Counted from the first letter of the stretch, positions 1 through 9,446 are shown. The stretch: 55,959 nucleotides of DNA from Cyanobacteria bacterium P01_H01_bin.74 (GCA_038745945.1 JBCDLA010000003.1:1-55959); one strand, 5' to 3'. Numbers and translations are program-made. The notes: generated by a model not told the origin, from the sequence alone.

Positions 1-277
1 ACGGGTCAATCATAACGAAACCTACAGCCTGGGCAGAGGTCAGCATATTAACGGGATTGAAAGTTTTTGGAGCTTTGTAAAAAGGAGGCTAAGGCGTTTT
101 AACGGTATAGCCAAACACACCTTTGAACTGCATTTGAAGGAATGTGAGTGGCGTTGGAAGAAGGATACAGGTACAATGGAACAAGAACTGTTCGAGCTGT
201 TCAAAACTCTGCGAGTTTTAAACAGGTCGAACAGTTACGACGACTATTGATTGTTTTTATTTAACTGATCTAGAGCC
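1..277 (+). mobile_element. 3' portion of an IS1595-like insertion sequence (copy A, truncated by the window edge)
   Basis: nt 1-277 align without indels to nt 51219-51495 of the complete copy, with 11 substitutions by my count. It ends in the same terminal repeat, TTAACTGATCTAGAGCC (261-277). Confidence 0.85.
2..250 (+). CDS. IS1595/ISXO2-like DDE transposase, C-terminal fragment (5' end outside the window)
   Basis: Translation (RVNHNETYSLGRGQHINGIESFWSFVKRRL...) is a near-duplicate of the C-terminus of the 50767..51468 product. Stop TGA at 248-250. Confidence 0.8.
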   Translation, partial: RVNHNETYSLGRGQHINGIESFWSFVKRRLRRFNGIAKHTFELHLKECEWRWKKDTGTMEQELFELFKTLRVLNRSNSYDDY

Positions 278-580
278 ATGCAAATAAATCGCCTTTTGGT
301 AAAACTCCAAAAGATTTCAATGTCATTATTATGCTAATCTATAAATTTAAAGATAATGAATTCTTAGATTAATAAAGGAAATAAGTGCTGGAAAAAACCA
401 CTTTTATTAGAATATAAGGTTCTGAGAATAGATTTTATAAGAAAGCTACATTCTATCCAACCAAGCTCTTTTCCTTTGAGTTAGGATACTTTCCAAGTTT
501 AATCAGCTTTTTAAACAAAAATTAAGTAATGCTTAACTTGATCCAACAAAGCAATATGCAAAACCTTGTTGAGTCACATT

Positions 581-608
581 TTGACCTGTGATATTTTTAT
601 TTTATAAT
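581..608 (+). promoter_or_regulatory. Candidate sigma70-type promoter for the SOD gene
   Basis: TTGACC (581-586), 16-nt spacer, TATAAT (603-608), about 90 nt upstream of the ATG at 698. Confidence 0.45.
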
Positions 609-697
609 ATTTTGCCTTTTTTATTCAAAATACTGATTTCTCAATAAGCTTAATCTCAACACGGTACTCAACTGATTCAGAAAGAGAGCGTAAATCA

Positions 698-1528
698 ATG
701 ACTGCAGACAACAGCACTCCCTGCGATAGTGTAAAACCCAAGGCAGATTCAGAACTCCAAGACACACTTTCAACAAAATTACCCAGACGTGATTTTTTAA
801 AGCAGGCGGCAACCATTGGTGCTTCAACCTTGGCATTGTCTCAGCTGGGTCTGCCAGCCATGGCAAGGGAAAAAAAACCAGCCCTGTCTGCAGTGCCTGA
901 CAATCATCCGTTGCACCCTTACGATCCAGCAGCAGTGATTACTGCTAAAACATTTCCAAACTTGGCTTCAGTTACTGGCATCAGTCAAAACCAACTTGAA
1001 AAGCATTTAGGACTGTATCATGGCTATGTCAGAAAAATTAATGCCATTCATAAAAAGCTTCAAGCGATGAATCTGGATAACGCAGATGAGGCCTCAAGAT
1101 TCAGGCCACTACACGTTGAGCAAACGTACATGCTGAACGGGGCTGTTTTGCATGAATACTATTTTGAAAATATTGGCGGAGAAACCTATCCACCTGAGAA
1201 GGCCGAATTGCTGTATCCCATAATTCAGAAAGAATTTGGCAGCTGGGACAACTACATCGCGCATCTTATCAAACTGGGTAAATCTGCCAGAGGCTGGGCA
1301 ATTTCAGCATACAACATGCGTGACCACCGCATCCACAACTATTGCCTTGATATGCACAACGATGGGGTCCCGATGGGCGTTATTCCTGTTTTGGTCATGG
1401 ATGTCTATGAGCATGCATACATGATAGACTATGAAACCAACCGGATGGCATACATTAAGGCTTTTATGGCCAATGTGAACTGGCGTGTTGTTGAAGATCG
1501 TCTAAAAACAATGATCTTGCACGGCTAA
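698..1528 (+). CDS. Fe/Mn-family superoxide dismutase with a twin-arginine (Tat) signal peptide
   Basis: C-terminal DVYEHAYMIDY...NWRVVEDR matches the Fe/Mn SOD signature D-x-W-E-H-A-Y-Y..VNW. His ligand contexts EKH..YHGYV and LHEYYF are present. N-terminal RRDFLK followed by a hydrophobic stretch and AMA is a consensus Tat signal. RBS-like AAAGAGAG lies 10 nt upstream. Confidence 0.8.
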   Translation: MTADNSTPCDSVKPKADSELQDTLSTKLPRRDFLKQAATIGASTLALSQLGLPAMAREKKPALSAVPDNHPLHPYDPAAVITAKTFPNLASVTGISQNQLEKHLGLYHGYVRKINAIHKKLQAMNLDNADEASRFRPLHVEQTYMLNGAVLHEYYFENIGGETYPPEKAELLYPIIQKEFGSWDNYIAHLIKLGKSARGWAISAYNMRDHRIHNYCLDMHNDGVPMGVIPVLVMDVYEHAYMIDYETNRMAYIKAFMANVNWRVVEDRLKTMILHG

Positions 1529-1560
1529 TAGAAGTTTTTTAAACCAAACGACACCTAATA

Positions 1561-2598
1561 ATGGATTCAAACAGAGACATCGCCCTGCCGGCTGCGGATA
1601 AAACCTCTCAACCTGTTGTGATGTCTGGCATGCGACCTACGGGTAAATTACACCTGGGGCATTATATGGGCGTTTTAAAAAATTGGCTTTGGCTTCAGAA
1701 TGAAAAAAAAGTACCCTGTTTTTTTTCCATTGCCAACTGGCATGCGTTAACCACCAAAAACACGCCCGAAGAAACTGCTCAACTGAAAACGCATATTACC
1801 AATATGGCTTTAGATTGGCTTGCGGCCGGTCTGGATCCAGAAAAAGTAACCCTGTTTGTTCAATCGGATGTGCCTGAAATTGCAGAATTGCATTTACTGC
1901 TGAGCATGATTACCCCGGCTAAATGGGTCCAGACCGATCCCACCTTGAAAGACATGGTTGCTATGCTTTCAGACGATCTGTCTTACGGGCTGCTGGGCTA
2001 TCCCGTTTTGCAGACTGTCGATATTCTTTCTGTTAAAGCAACCCATGTACCTGTTGGAAAAGATCAGCTGGCCCACCTTGAAATTTCCCGGGATATTGCA
2101 AAGCGTTTTAATCATCAGTTTAAAACAAAACTCTTTGCAGAGCCTCGGCCCTTACTCACAGAGACCCCTTTATTAATGGGCCTGGATGGCCGAAAAATGG
2201 GGAAATCGTTTAACAACGCCATTTTTTTAAGTGATACGGCTGAAGAAACCTTTAAAAAAATTAAAACCGCAACAACGGACCCCAAACGTGTCAAACGAAA
2301 CGATCCAGGGGAACCCAACGACTGTCAGGTTGTTTATCCTTATTACCAGGTTTTTACAAGCAAAGAAACAATCGGACTAACAGAAAAAGAATGCCGTGAG
2401 GCAAAACGCGGATGCATGGATTGTAAAAAGCAACTGAGCGACGCCATTAACACGATGCTTGCTCCTCTTCGGCAACGGCGCCAGGAATTTGAGCAAAACA
2501 AAGCTGATGTGCAGGCAATTCTAGCAGCTGGGGGAAAAAAAGCCAGAAAAAAAGTACAAGAGACCCTGGATGCTGTGAAGCCATTAATGGGCGTTTGA
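1561..2598 (+). CDS. trpS: Tryptophan--tRNA ligase
   Basis: Class I motifs GKLHLGHY (HIGH) and KMGKS (KMSKS). Length of 345 aa and overall TrpRS-like sequence. Confidence 0.93.
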   Translation: MDSNRDIALPAADKTSQPVVMSGMRPTGKLHLGHYMGVLKNWLWLQNEKKVPCFFSIANWHALTTKNTPEETAQLKTHITNMALDWLAAGLDPEKVTLFVQSDVPEIAELHLLLSMITPAKWVQTDPTLKDMVAMLSDDLSYGLLGYPVLQTVDILSVKATHVPVGKDQLAHLEISRDIAKRFNHQFKTKLFAEPRPLLTETPLLMGLDGRKMGKSFNNAIFLSDTAEETFKKIKTATTDPKRVKRNDPGEPNDCQVVYPYYQVFTSKETIGLTEKECREAKRGCMDCKKQLSDAINTMLAPLRQRRQEFEQNKADVQAILAAGGKKARKKVQETLDAVKPLMGV

Positions 2599-3133
2599 TC
2601 TTTTTTTGCGAGTCCTTTTGCAGCAACGTAAAACACTGTTTGGCACTTAAATTAATGATTGCCTTTCAAAAGATTAAAAAACAAAAAGCCAAGTCGACGT
2701 TGACGGAGAACAGACTCTTTTGTACTCTTAGTTTAAATTAAGCGTCATATTAAACTTAAATTATTCATTGTAGTTGAAGATACTTCTGCTGGAATATACT
2801 CAGCTTTGTCTGGAAATAATGCAAGAGCTGACCTATCTGAGCGCCAGAAGCGCTGCCTGGAAAACTTGGAAGATCAGCGGCCTGGCCCTGTAGGCAATTT
2901 TTTTACGCCTAAGTGGAACGTAAAAAAACAATACTCTAAACCCAACTTTGACCCCAAGCCCTAATTTGAAGCAAATTATACAGGTTAAAATCATGAGTTC
3001 TAGTACAACATTGCCGTCATTAGACAGCTTTTCATCAAAAACATTAAAATCAAAATCAAGACGATAATTAGGCCCTAGAGGCCTTAGCAAACTAACTACG
3101 CTTGAAAGGGCGCTTGAAGGAAAGTTGAAAGAG

Positions 3134-3490
3134 ATGCCATACAATCAACAGATTGATGACCATCTCAGTGCAGTTAAAGAACGAAAGAAAAAAATTCTTA
3201 ATAAGGGGAACACTGCAATTTGGAATTTTTTCGTCTTTCCAACTTTTGTGATGGCTGTTGCAGCACATCTTACTTCTTTTATAATTGCCCCAATAGCAGC
3301 AACGTTAGGGATGGCTCTTTGCCGGTTTACACCAATAAAAGAGCGATTAATTGCCAAGATTGAAGATCGCTTACCGGAAAATACCCTTGATATTTCATCA
3401 TTGAGCATTATGAAGGCTTTTTATGATAATGCTTTCCAGATAAAATCACATAAAGCACAGCCAGACACGTTTAGGTTATGTGAATACTAA
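3134..3490 (+). CDS. Hypothetical small membrane protein
   Basis: The ORF sits in an AT-rich, low-coding island. Two hydrophobic helices (WNFFVFPTFVMAVAAHLTSFIIAPIAATLGMAL). ATG at 3134 is preferred over the TTG at 3125. No recognisable family. Confidence 0.4.
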   Translation: MPYNQQIDDHLSAVKERKKKILNKGNTAIWNFFVFPTFVMAVAAHLTSFIIAPIAATLGMALCRFTPIKERLIAKIEDRLPENTLDISSLSIMKAFYDNAFQIKSHKAQPDTFRLCEY

Positions 3491-3810
3491 TGTACTGTAT
3501 AATGACCGCAAAGTGAATCAACGCTATAAACAGTTTGCCTCATTTTTCAAATCGGAAAAAAAATACGTGGAAACCCTTTTAGACAACAAAGCAAGCCTTC
3601 CAGTTCTTTTTACGTAAAATCTGCTGGCTTTTTCTTTAAACACTCTGCGAATCTGTTCTTTCTGGCCACTTTAAACCGGTGTAACTTGCTCTAGTTACAG
3701 CATGGCATATTTTAGATACTGAAGACTCCTTTTTAAACAGAATGACATATTGTATCTAAATAAGATTAATAGCCCCAAAGATTATAGCCTGACTAATCCA
3801 AAGACCACTT

Positions 3811-4164
3811 TCATTCCGAAACTTCAGGGTTCTCTGTTTCCTCTGATGACCCATCTGATTCACCGGATGGCCCGGCTATACTTTCACTGGCACGTTTTGT
3901 TTTAACGGGCTTGGTTTTCCTCCGACGCCTTTTATTGCCTTGGGGGTTGTTCCAGATGTTGCCAATAAAGTAGCCGATAACCCCTGCAACAAGTGCACCC
4001 AAGAGGCTGAACCCCATACTAATCAGCAGCTCAAAACCAGAGAATGAGGCACTGCCCATTAAATCCCAGTTAGAAAGGCCAGACTGTCTGTAAAAACCGG
4101 GCAGGGCCGTGATAATAAATACCACACTGCCACAGATGCCTGCTGTTCTGATGCCTGGATTCAT
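3811..4164 (-). CDS. Hypothetical small membrane protein with a basic then acidic tail
   Basis: ATG start. Two predicted TM helices, including the glycine-zipper-like GALVAGVIGYFIG, then KRRRRKTKPVKTKR and an acidic C-terminus. Same strand as flhA and 136 nt downstream of it. Confidence 0.5.
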   Translation of the reverse strand: MNPGIRTAGICGSVVFIITALPGFYRQSGLSNWDLMGSASFSGFELLISMGFSLLGALVAGVIGYFIGNIWNNPQGNKRRRRKTKPVKTKRASESIAGPSGESDGSSEETENPEVSE

Positions 4165-4300
4165 CGCATTTGAGGCCCTGTTTTAAGGGCAAGCACTTGG
4201 GTCGGGGTCATTAAGTTTCTGGTTCTTATTGCATATGTTGATGTTATAACAGTTCTGGTTTTTATAGCTTTTTTTTCTTCAGCGCGTTTGTTTTTGTTGC

Positions 4301-6433
4301 CTATACTGGTTGCGGCAAGTCAAATCGAATAGAGCCCGCAGCCGTTGCTTTGGTGGATGGCCCAATTTCATTATAAGAGAGGACCGCAATCTGGGGCAGC
4401 ATGCGGGCAATCAGCCGCCGAAAGGGCAGACGGATTTTTGCATTGCACAGAATCACCGGCTGTGCCCCCTGTTGGTTCATAACCCGCTCAATTTCCTGAT
4501 TTAAAGCATTAAAGAGCTGTTGTGTAAATACAGGCCCCAGAGCAAGCATTTGACCATCTTGCGTGAGGCCTTGCACAATCTTTTCTTCAAGAACCGGATC
4601 AAGGGCCAACACTACAAGTTCACCGGTTTCTGAATTCTGGTGCTGTTTGCAAATACTGCGCGATAAAGCCATACGAACCTGCTCAGTCAAGTAATCCACA
4701 TCTTTATTGACTTTGCTGTGGTAACTCAGTGCTTCCAAAATAGACACCATATCGCGAACACACACGGATTCTCGTAACAGGTTTTGCAGAATAATATGAA
4801 TATCAGCTTCAGTTAACGGATCCGGTACTAAATCGGTAACCAACGACTCATTTGATTTTTTAACCGTATTTAACAAGTTCTGCACATCACCACGGCTAAT
4901 AATATCTGCTGCATTCTTTTTAATAAATTCGGTTAAATGCGTTGACACCACAGCAGAAGGAGTAACAACCGTATAGCCAGAAACCTCGGCTTGCTCTTTT
5001 TCATCTGGCTGAATCCATAGCGCTGGCAAGCCAAATGCGGGCTCTTTTCCTTCAATGCCCTCAATCGGCTCTGTCATTTCAGGGTCAGTACTCATTGCCA
5101 TCAAGAGATCCCCCATGACTTCTCCTTGCTCTAGGGTTACGCCACGCAATTTAATATGATAGTGATTGGGGGAAAGTTGCAAGTTGTCTCTTACCCTGAC
5201 CGATGGAATGACCAAGCCCAGCTCAAGGGCCACCTGTTTTCGGATTTGGGCAATTCGCTCCAGCAAATCGCCCCCGGCGTCGGCTTCAATCAGCGGGACC
5301 AGGCGGTAGCCAATTTCCAATTCAAGTACTTCAACTGGCAGCATGTCCAGTACATTTTCGGTACTGGTTTTCTTTTTTTGCTGTTGGGCAACCTTGGCCT
5401 GATTTTGCTCCACAACGGCCTGTTCCCGTTTTTCCTCCTGCGATTTCATTAAGTAGTAGCCACCGGCCATGGCCAGACCGCCAATCATCAGAAACGGCAG
5501 ATTGGGTAAACCAGGGACCATGCCCATCATCAGCATTAACACCCCGAGAGTCATCAGGACCTTGGGGTTCTGAAACATTTGCCCGCCAATCTCATCCCCC
5601 AGCGACTGCTCCGTATCATTGACCCGCGTCACCAGAATACCTGTTGATGCCGATATAATCAGCGCGGGGATCTGAGAAACCAGACCGTCCCCCACCGAAA
5701 GAACCGTGAACGTTGATGCAGCCTGCTCAATGGGCATTCCCATCTGCAAAACCCCGATAATCAAGCCCCCAACAATATTAATAACCGTAATAATAATGCC
5801 TGCAATGGCATCGCCCTTTACAAATTTGCTGGCACCATCCATAGTTCCGTAAAAATCAGCTTCCCGCTGGATGGTCTGACGCCTCTCCTTGGCCTGTTTT
5901 TCATCAATATTGCCTGCATTCAGGTCAGCATCAATGCTCAGCTGCTTGCCGGGCATTGCATCCAATGTAAAGCGGGCAGCCACCTCTGAAACCCGGCCTG
6001 CACCGTTGGTAATGACAATAAAGTTGATAATAATTAAAATGATGAATAGCATTAAACCAACAACGTAGTTGCCGCCAATCACAAAATTACCAAACGCGGT
6101 GACCACCTGCCCGGCATCGCCGCTTAGCAGAATCAGCCGGGTAGTGCTGACGTTTAGGCCAAGGCGAAACAAGGTTGAAAAAAGTAGAATTGTCGGGAAT
6201 GTCGAGTATTCCAGGGTTTCCCGGGTGTAAAGCGTGACCAGCAAAATGGTAATGGAAAGCGCAATATTCAGGGTCAGCAGAATGTCAAGCAACAGCGGCG
6301 GCAGCGGAATCATCATCATAATGACAATGAGAACAATACCCACCGACAAAAAGACATCGTTGTGCTGAAAGAACTGTTTGACGTTAAAGCCGCCAATGGT
6401 CAGTTTTGGATTGGGCTTGTTCGGGGTTGCCAT
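4301..6433 (-). CDS. flhA: Flagellar biosynthesis protein FlhA (type III export gate)
   Basis: 710 aa. N-terminal polytopic membrane domain with the conserved FHIPEP-type region (VSEVAARFTLDAMPGKQLSIDADL). Large cytoplasmic C-terminal domain. Confidence 0.93.
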   Translation of the reverse strand: MATPNKPNPKLTIGGFNVKQFFQHNDVFLSVGIVLIVIMMMIPLPPLLLDILLTLNIALSITILLVTLYTRETLEYSTFPTILLFSTLFRLGLNVSTTRLILLSGDAGQVVTAFGNFVIGGNYVVGLMLFIILIIINFIVITNGAGRVSEVAARFTLDAMPGKQLSIDADLNAGNIDEKQAKERRQTIQREADFYGTMDGASKFVKGDAIAGIIITVINIVGGLIIGVLQMGMPIEQAASTFTVLSVGDGLVSQIPALIISASTGILVTRVNDTEQSLGDEIGGQMFQNPKVLMTLGVLMLMMGMVPGLPNLPFLMIGGLAMAGGYYLMKSQEEKREQAVVEQNQAKVAQQQKKKTSTENVLDMLPVEVLELEIGYRLVPLIEADAGGDLLERIAQIRKQVALELGLVIPSVRVRDNLQLSPNHYHIKLRGVTLEQGEVMGDLLMAMSTDPEMTEPIEGIEGKEPAFGLPALWIQPDEKEQAEVSGYTVVTPSAVVSTHLTEFIKKNAADIISRGDVQNLLNTVKKSNESLVTDLVPDPLTEADIHIILQNLLRESVCVRDMVSILEALSYHSKVNKDVDYLTEQVRMALSRSICKQHQNSETGELVVLALDPVLEEKIVQGLTQDGQMLALGPVFTQQLFNALNQEIERVMNQQGAQPVILCNAKIRLPFRRLIARMLPQIAVLSYNEIGPSTKATAAGSIRFDLPQPV

Positions 6434-6448
6434 AGGGTTATGTCATTA

Positions 6449-6502
6449 TTCTAAAATTTCAGGTTCTAAAATATTAGTTTCTAAAACGCTTGGCTCTGAA
6501 AA
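6449..6502. repeat. Three exact TTCTAAAA motifs at 15-bp spacing plus a degenerate fourth, in the flhB-flhA spacer
   Basis: TTCTAAAA at 6449, 6464 and 6479; CTCTGAAAA at 6494. The block lies 16-70 nt upstream of the flhA ATG (6433, minus strand). Confidence 0.7.
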
Positions 6503-6695
6503 TGCCTGAATGCAAAGAAAAAAGCAAAGAAAAACGAAAATTTCTGAAAAAACAAAAAAACATGCTTAAAAAAACGTGCTTAAGGAAATACTTGAACGGT
6601 AATTGCCTGTTGGGGGTTACTCCTCTAGTTTAACCAGTATTGACCCTGTGGTCTTGCGTTGGTCGGTGGAATTTATTGCACGGCTCTGTTCTGTG

Positions 6696-7868
6696 TTATG
6701 GGGGATTGTTTTGATCTGTTGCGTTTTTTTGTCTGGATTTTTGTCTGGATTTTTGTCTGGATTTTTGTCTGGACTCTTCAGCCCGCTTTCGCGCGGCAAG
6801 CCGCCGGCCCTTGTTTGTAGAAAATACGTAGGCCAGCACTTCAGCTACCGCCACAAACAATTCTGGGGGCACCATGGCATCCACTTCTACTACCGGGTAT
6901 AACGATCGGGCCAGTGCTTTATTTTCCACCATCGGGACCTTGTTTTCTTTGGCAACCGATTTAATTTTTTGGGCAAACAGATCTTTTCCCTTGGCGACAA
7001 CCACAGGGGCTGGGGCCAAATCGGGATCGTACTTTAAGGCAATAGCATAGTGGGTTGGGTTGGTAATCACAACATCCGCCATTGTAACAGCCGTTAACTG
7101 CCTGGTCTTTGCCATCTTTGCCCCAATTTGCCGCATCCGGTTTTTCAACATGGGGTCGCCTTCAGCATTGCGTCGCTCGTCTTTAATTTCCTGCTTGCTC
7201 ATGCGCATTTGTTTTTCAAACTCAAAGGCCTGGTAGCGCCAGTCAATGACACCACTGACCAAAAAAAAGAGGCACGACCACTTTGCAATATCTGCCAAGG
7301 CAAAAAAAACGGTTTCCCAACCCACCGGCACATCAACTGATCCCAGTCCCAGCAGGGTTTGCAGATTATTCTGGAGAATAACCGTGGCGCAGATGCCAAT
7401 AATGCTCATTTTGATAATCCCTTTGAGGACCTCAACGGCAGAACGTCGGGAAAAAAGTCGCTTGGCCCCGCTCAGGGGGTTAATTTTCTCCAATTTGGGC
7501 ATAATCGCCTCTAGGGAGAGCATGGGCTTAATCTGCAAAAGATTTGACAGAATAGCGACCACTGAAATGGTCAGAAAAATAGGCAGTAGCAAAAAAACGG
7601 TGGATTGAATAGTACCCGTCATCAGTCCGTTGTAGTCAACCATCGAAAATGCTGCGGGGGTATGAAATTTTGGCAACAGTTTATTAAAGGTGTAGTGTAA
7701 TTGTGTAAATACTGTTTCAGTGGCCAGCTGGCCAGAAAAACCCACTGCTGCTGTTGCAGCAATAAGGACCAGTGCACTGTTGAGATCCTGGCTTTTACTG
7801 ACCTGACCCTTTTTTCTTGCATCAGACAGGCGCTTTTCGGTTGGCTTTTCTGTTTTTTCACCTGGCAC
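6696..7868 (-). CDS. flhB: Flagellar biosynthesis protein FlhB (export switch) with a repetitive basic C-terminal tail
   Basis: N-terminus (M)PGEKTEKPTEKRLSDARKKGQVSKSQDL and the NPTH autocleavage motif (VITNPTHYAIAL) are diagnostic. GTG start. The tail is ...SRQKSRQKSRQKSRQK... Confidence 0.92.
   Translation of the reverse strand: MPGEKTEKPTEKRLSDARKKGQVSKSQDLNSALVLIAATAAVGFSGQLATETVFTQLHYTFNKLLPKFHTPAAFSMVDYNGLMTGTIQSTVFLLLPIFLTISVVAILSNLLQIKPMLSLEAIMPKLEKINPLSGAKRLFSRRSAVEVLKGIIKMSIIGICATVILQNNLQTLLGLGSVDVPVGWETVFFALADIAKWSCLFFLVSGVIDWRYQAFEFEKQMRMSKQEIKDERRNAEGDPMLKNRMRQIGAKMAKTRQLTAVTMADVVITNPTHYAIALKYDPDLAPAPVVVAKGKDLFAQKIKSVAKENKVPMVENKALARSLYPVVEVDAMVPPELFVAVAEVLAYVFSTNKGRRLAARKRAEESRQKSRQKSRQKSRQKNATDQNNPP
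6727..6773. repeat. 12-bp tandem repeat (about 3.6 copies) inside the flhB 3' end
   Basis: GTCTGGATTTTT repeats at 6731, 6743 and 6755, with a partial copy at 6767. It encodes (SRQK)n on the minus strand. Confidence 0.85.
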
Positions 7869-8007
7869 TGGGCAGAACCTTTACCTGAACTTGAACCCGC
7901 TTACATTTAAAAACACTGGACGCTGAATAAACTGGACATTCAATGCACAGTCTCTCAAATTCAGTATGGGGGCTTGCCTGCCGTTTTTCATCAGCCAGGT
8001 GATTTAA

Positions 8008-9255
8008 TCATTGCCGAATTACCGCTGTTTCCTCGCCGTTTTTTATTTTTACCAGACTCAAATCAAGCTGTTTGAATAATTCCTCTGGCAATTGCGGGGC
8101 AACACAGAGCACTGCGGCATGCGCTAAAACAGCTTGTGGTAATTTGGGCAGCAGCTTAACGGCGTCTTTTTCAGTGGTGATTAGCTTTAATTCACAGCTA
8201 TTTCCTGGTTCAGTTGGGGAATCAGTTAATTGCTCAGTTGGGTTGTTATTCAACTGATGAAATGCTTGAACAATACGGTTAACTGAGTCAGCTGGGTAAG
8301 TGGCATGATCGGGAAAAATGCAGTGTTTCACTATTTTTCCACCGAGCTTTAGCACAGCAGATTCAAAGGATTGGGGATCTGCAATGCCTGAAACCAGCAG
8401 GCAAGCTCCTTTAAGCAAAACATGTTCTTTTTGGGCTGATGTGGCTATATCATTCGATGCGCTGCTCTGGCCTGTATAAACTGCCATCCAGTCTTTGGCA
8501 GTCAAAACCTGTGAGGCTTGAAAAGGCGCTGTAAAACTGACCAACGCAGGGTGACCACTTTGTTTTTTGATTTCAAGCACTTTTTTTTGGTTTTCTGGAG
8601 AGATTGCTTTGGTTTGAATTAAACAGTTGGCCCTTTTTAGAGCCCCAATGGGTTCTCTTAGTGGGCCTACTGGAAGTAAGTAACCATTTCCAAGCAGCCG
8701 GTTGCCGTCAAGCAGCACAATGGAAAAATCGGGCTGAATGCGGCGGTACTGAAACCCGTCATCCAAAATGACCACATCGGGTGACAGTTCTTTTACCCAG
8801 GTATTAAGCAGGCTTTTTCGGTCTTTGCCAACCCGGACAAATGCTCCCGGCACTTTCTGTTGAATTAAAAAAGCTTCATCGCCTTCCTGAGCGGTGTTAA
8901 CTTGTCCATCGGTTGATGTTTGGGTTGCAGCATGCCCGCGCGATAAAATGAGAACGGTTTTATTGTTTTTTAAAAAATAACTGGCCAAATCAATGACGAT
9001 GGGTGTTTTTCCGGTTCCACCCGTTGTAATATTGCCAACACTGATAATAAACGGCTTCTTTTCAAAATCATCAGACCGAAGCGGTTTGTTAAAAGTGCAT
9101 TGCTGCAGTCGGTGGAGTTGAAGGCCTACCCAGTAAAACACGCAAAGCGGGCTTATCAGACGGGCAAGCAGCACTCCCCCTGTTTTACGGCTATAATGAA
9201 ATTGTACAGCACAATGACTTATGGAAGACAAAAGGACTTTAACTATCACGGGCAT
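8008..9255 (-). CDS. lpxK: Tetraacyldisaccharide 4'-kinase (lipid A biosynthesis)
   Basis: P-loop context VGNITTGGTGKTP and the ILSRGH / DDGFQ motifs typical of LpxK. At 415 aa it is longer than usual, with extra sequence in the C-terminal half. Confidence 0.85.
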   Translation of the reverse strand: MPVIVKVLLSSISHCAVQFHYSRKTGGVLLARLISPLCVFYWVGLQLHRLQQCTFNKPLRSDDFEKKPFIISVGNITTGGTGKTPIVIDLASYFLKNNKTVLILSRGHAATQTSTDGQVNTAQEGDEAFLIQQKVPGAFVRVGKDRKSLLNTWVKELSPDVVILDDGFQYRRIQPDFSIVLLDGNRLLGNGYLLPVGPLREPIGALKRANCLIQTKAISPENQKKVLEIKKQSGHPALVSFTAPFQASQVLTAKDWMAVYTGQSSASNDIATSAQKEHVLLKGACLLVSGIADPQSFESAVLKLGGKIVKHCIFPDHATYPADSVNRIVQAFHQLNNNPTEQLTDSPTEPGNSCELKLITTEKDAVKLLPKLPQAVLAHAAVLCVAPQLPEELFKQLDLSLVKIKNGEETAVIRQ

Positions 9256-9299
9256 GCCTGATTCTGTGGCGTTATTCTGTGTTGGGATTGTTTCTGTGA

Positions 9300-9316
9300 T
9301 ACGCTATTATAGCGTA
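9300..9316. promoter_or_regulatory. 17-bp perfect palindrome (candidate operator) in the divergent lpxK/rph spacer
   Basis: TACGCTAT-T-ATAGCGTA has 8-bp arms. It reads TATAAT on the minus strand, about 45 nt upstream of the lpxK ATG. Confidence 0.4.
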
Positions 9317-9446
9317 AGTTCAATTGGCGTCCGTGGCTTTTTTACGCAATTAACCCGTTTTATATCCGTTGAGTGTTTTACACTGCCAAGATTGACGGCT
9401 GGTATTTTTTATTTCTTCCTTAATTTAATAGAAGCCCCCGTATATT

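Noticed and set aside
293-313. Hairpin CTTTTGG-TAAAACT-CCAAAAG just after IS copy A, as a possible terminator
   Set aside because: The stem is AT-rich with no following T-run. It is weak and could easily occur by chance in this AT-rich spacer.
1529-1560. T-box or attenuator leaders upstream of trpS and hisS
   Set aside because: The upstream gaps are only 32 nt (trpS) and about 17 nt (hisS), which is far too short for a T-box or leader-peptide attenuator.
2833-3144. 103-aa minus-strand ORF in the AT-rich island
   Set aside because: Only a TTG start is available and the first Met is at residue 51. It overlaps the 3134 ORF start and has no RBS or motif.
6603-6902. Plus-strand ORF encoding a striking (SGFL)n repeat peptide
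   Set aside because: It is the antisense shadow of the flhB 12-bp tandem repeat, and it overlaps the well-supported flhB reading frame. It has no independent start context.
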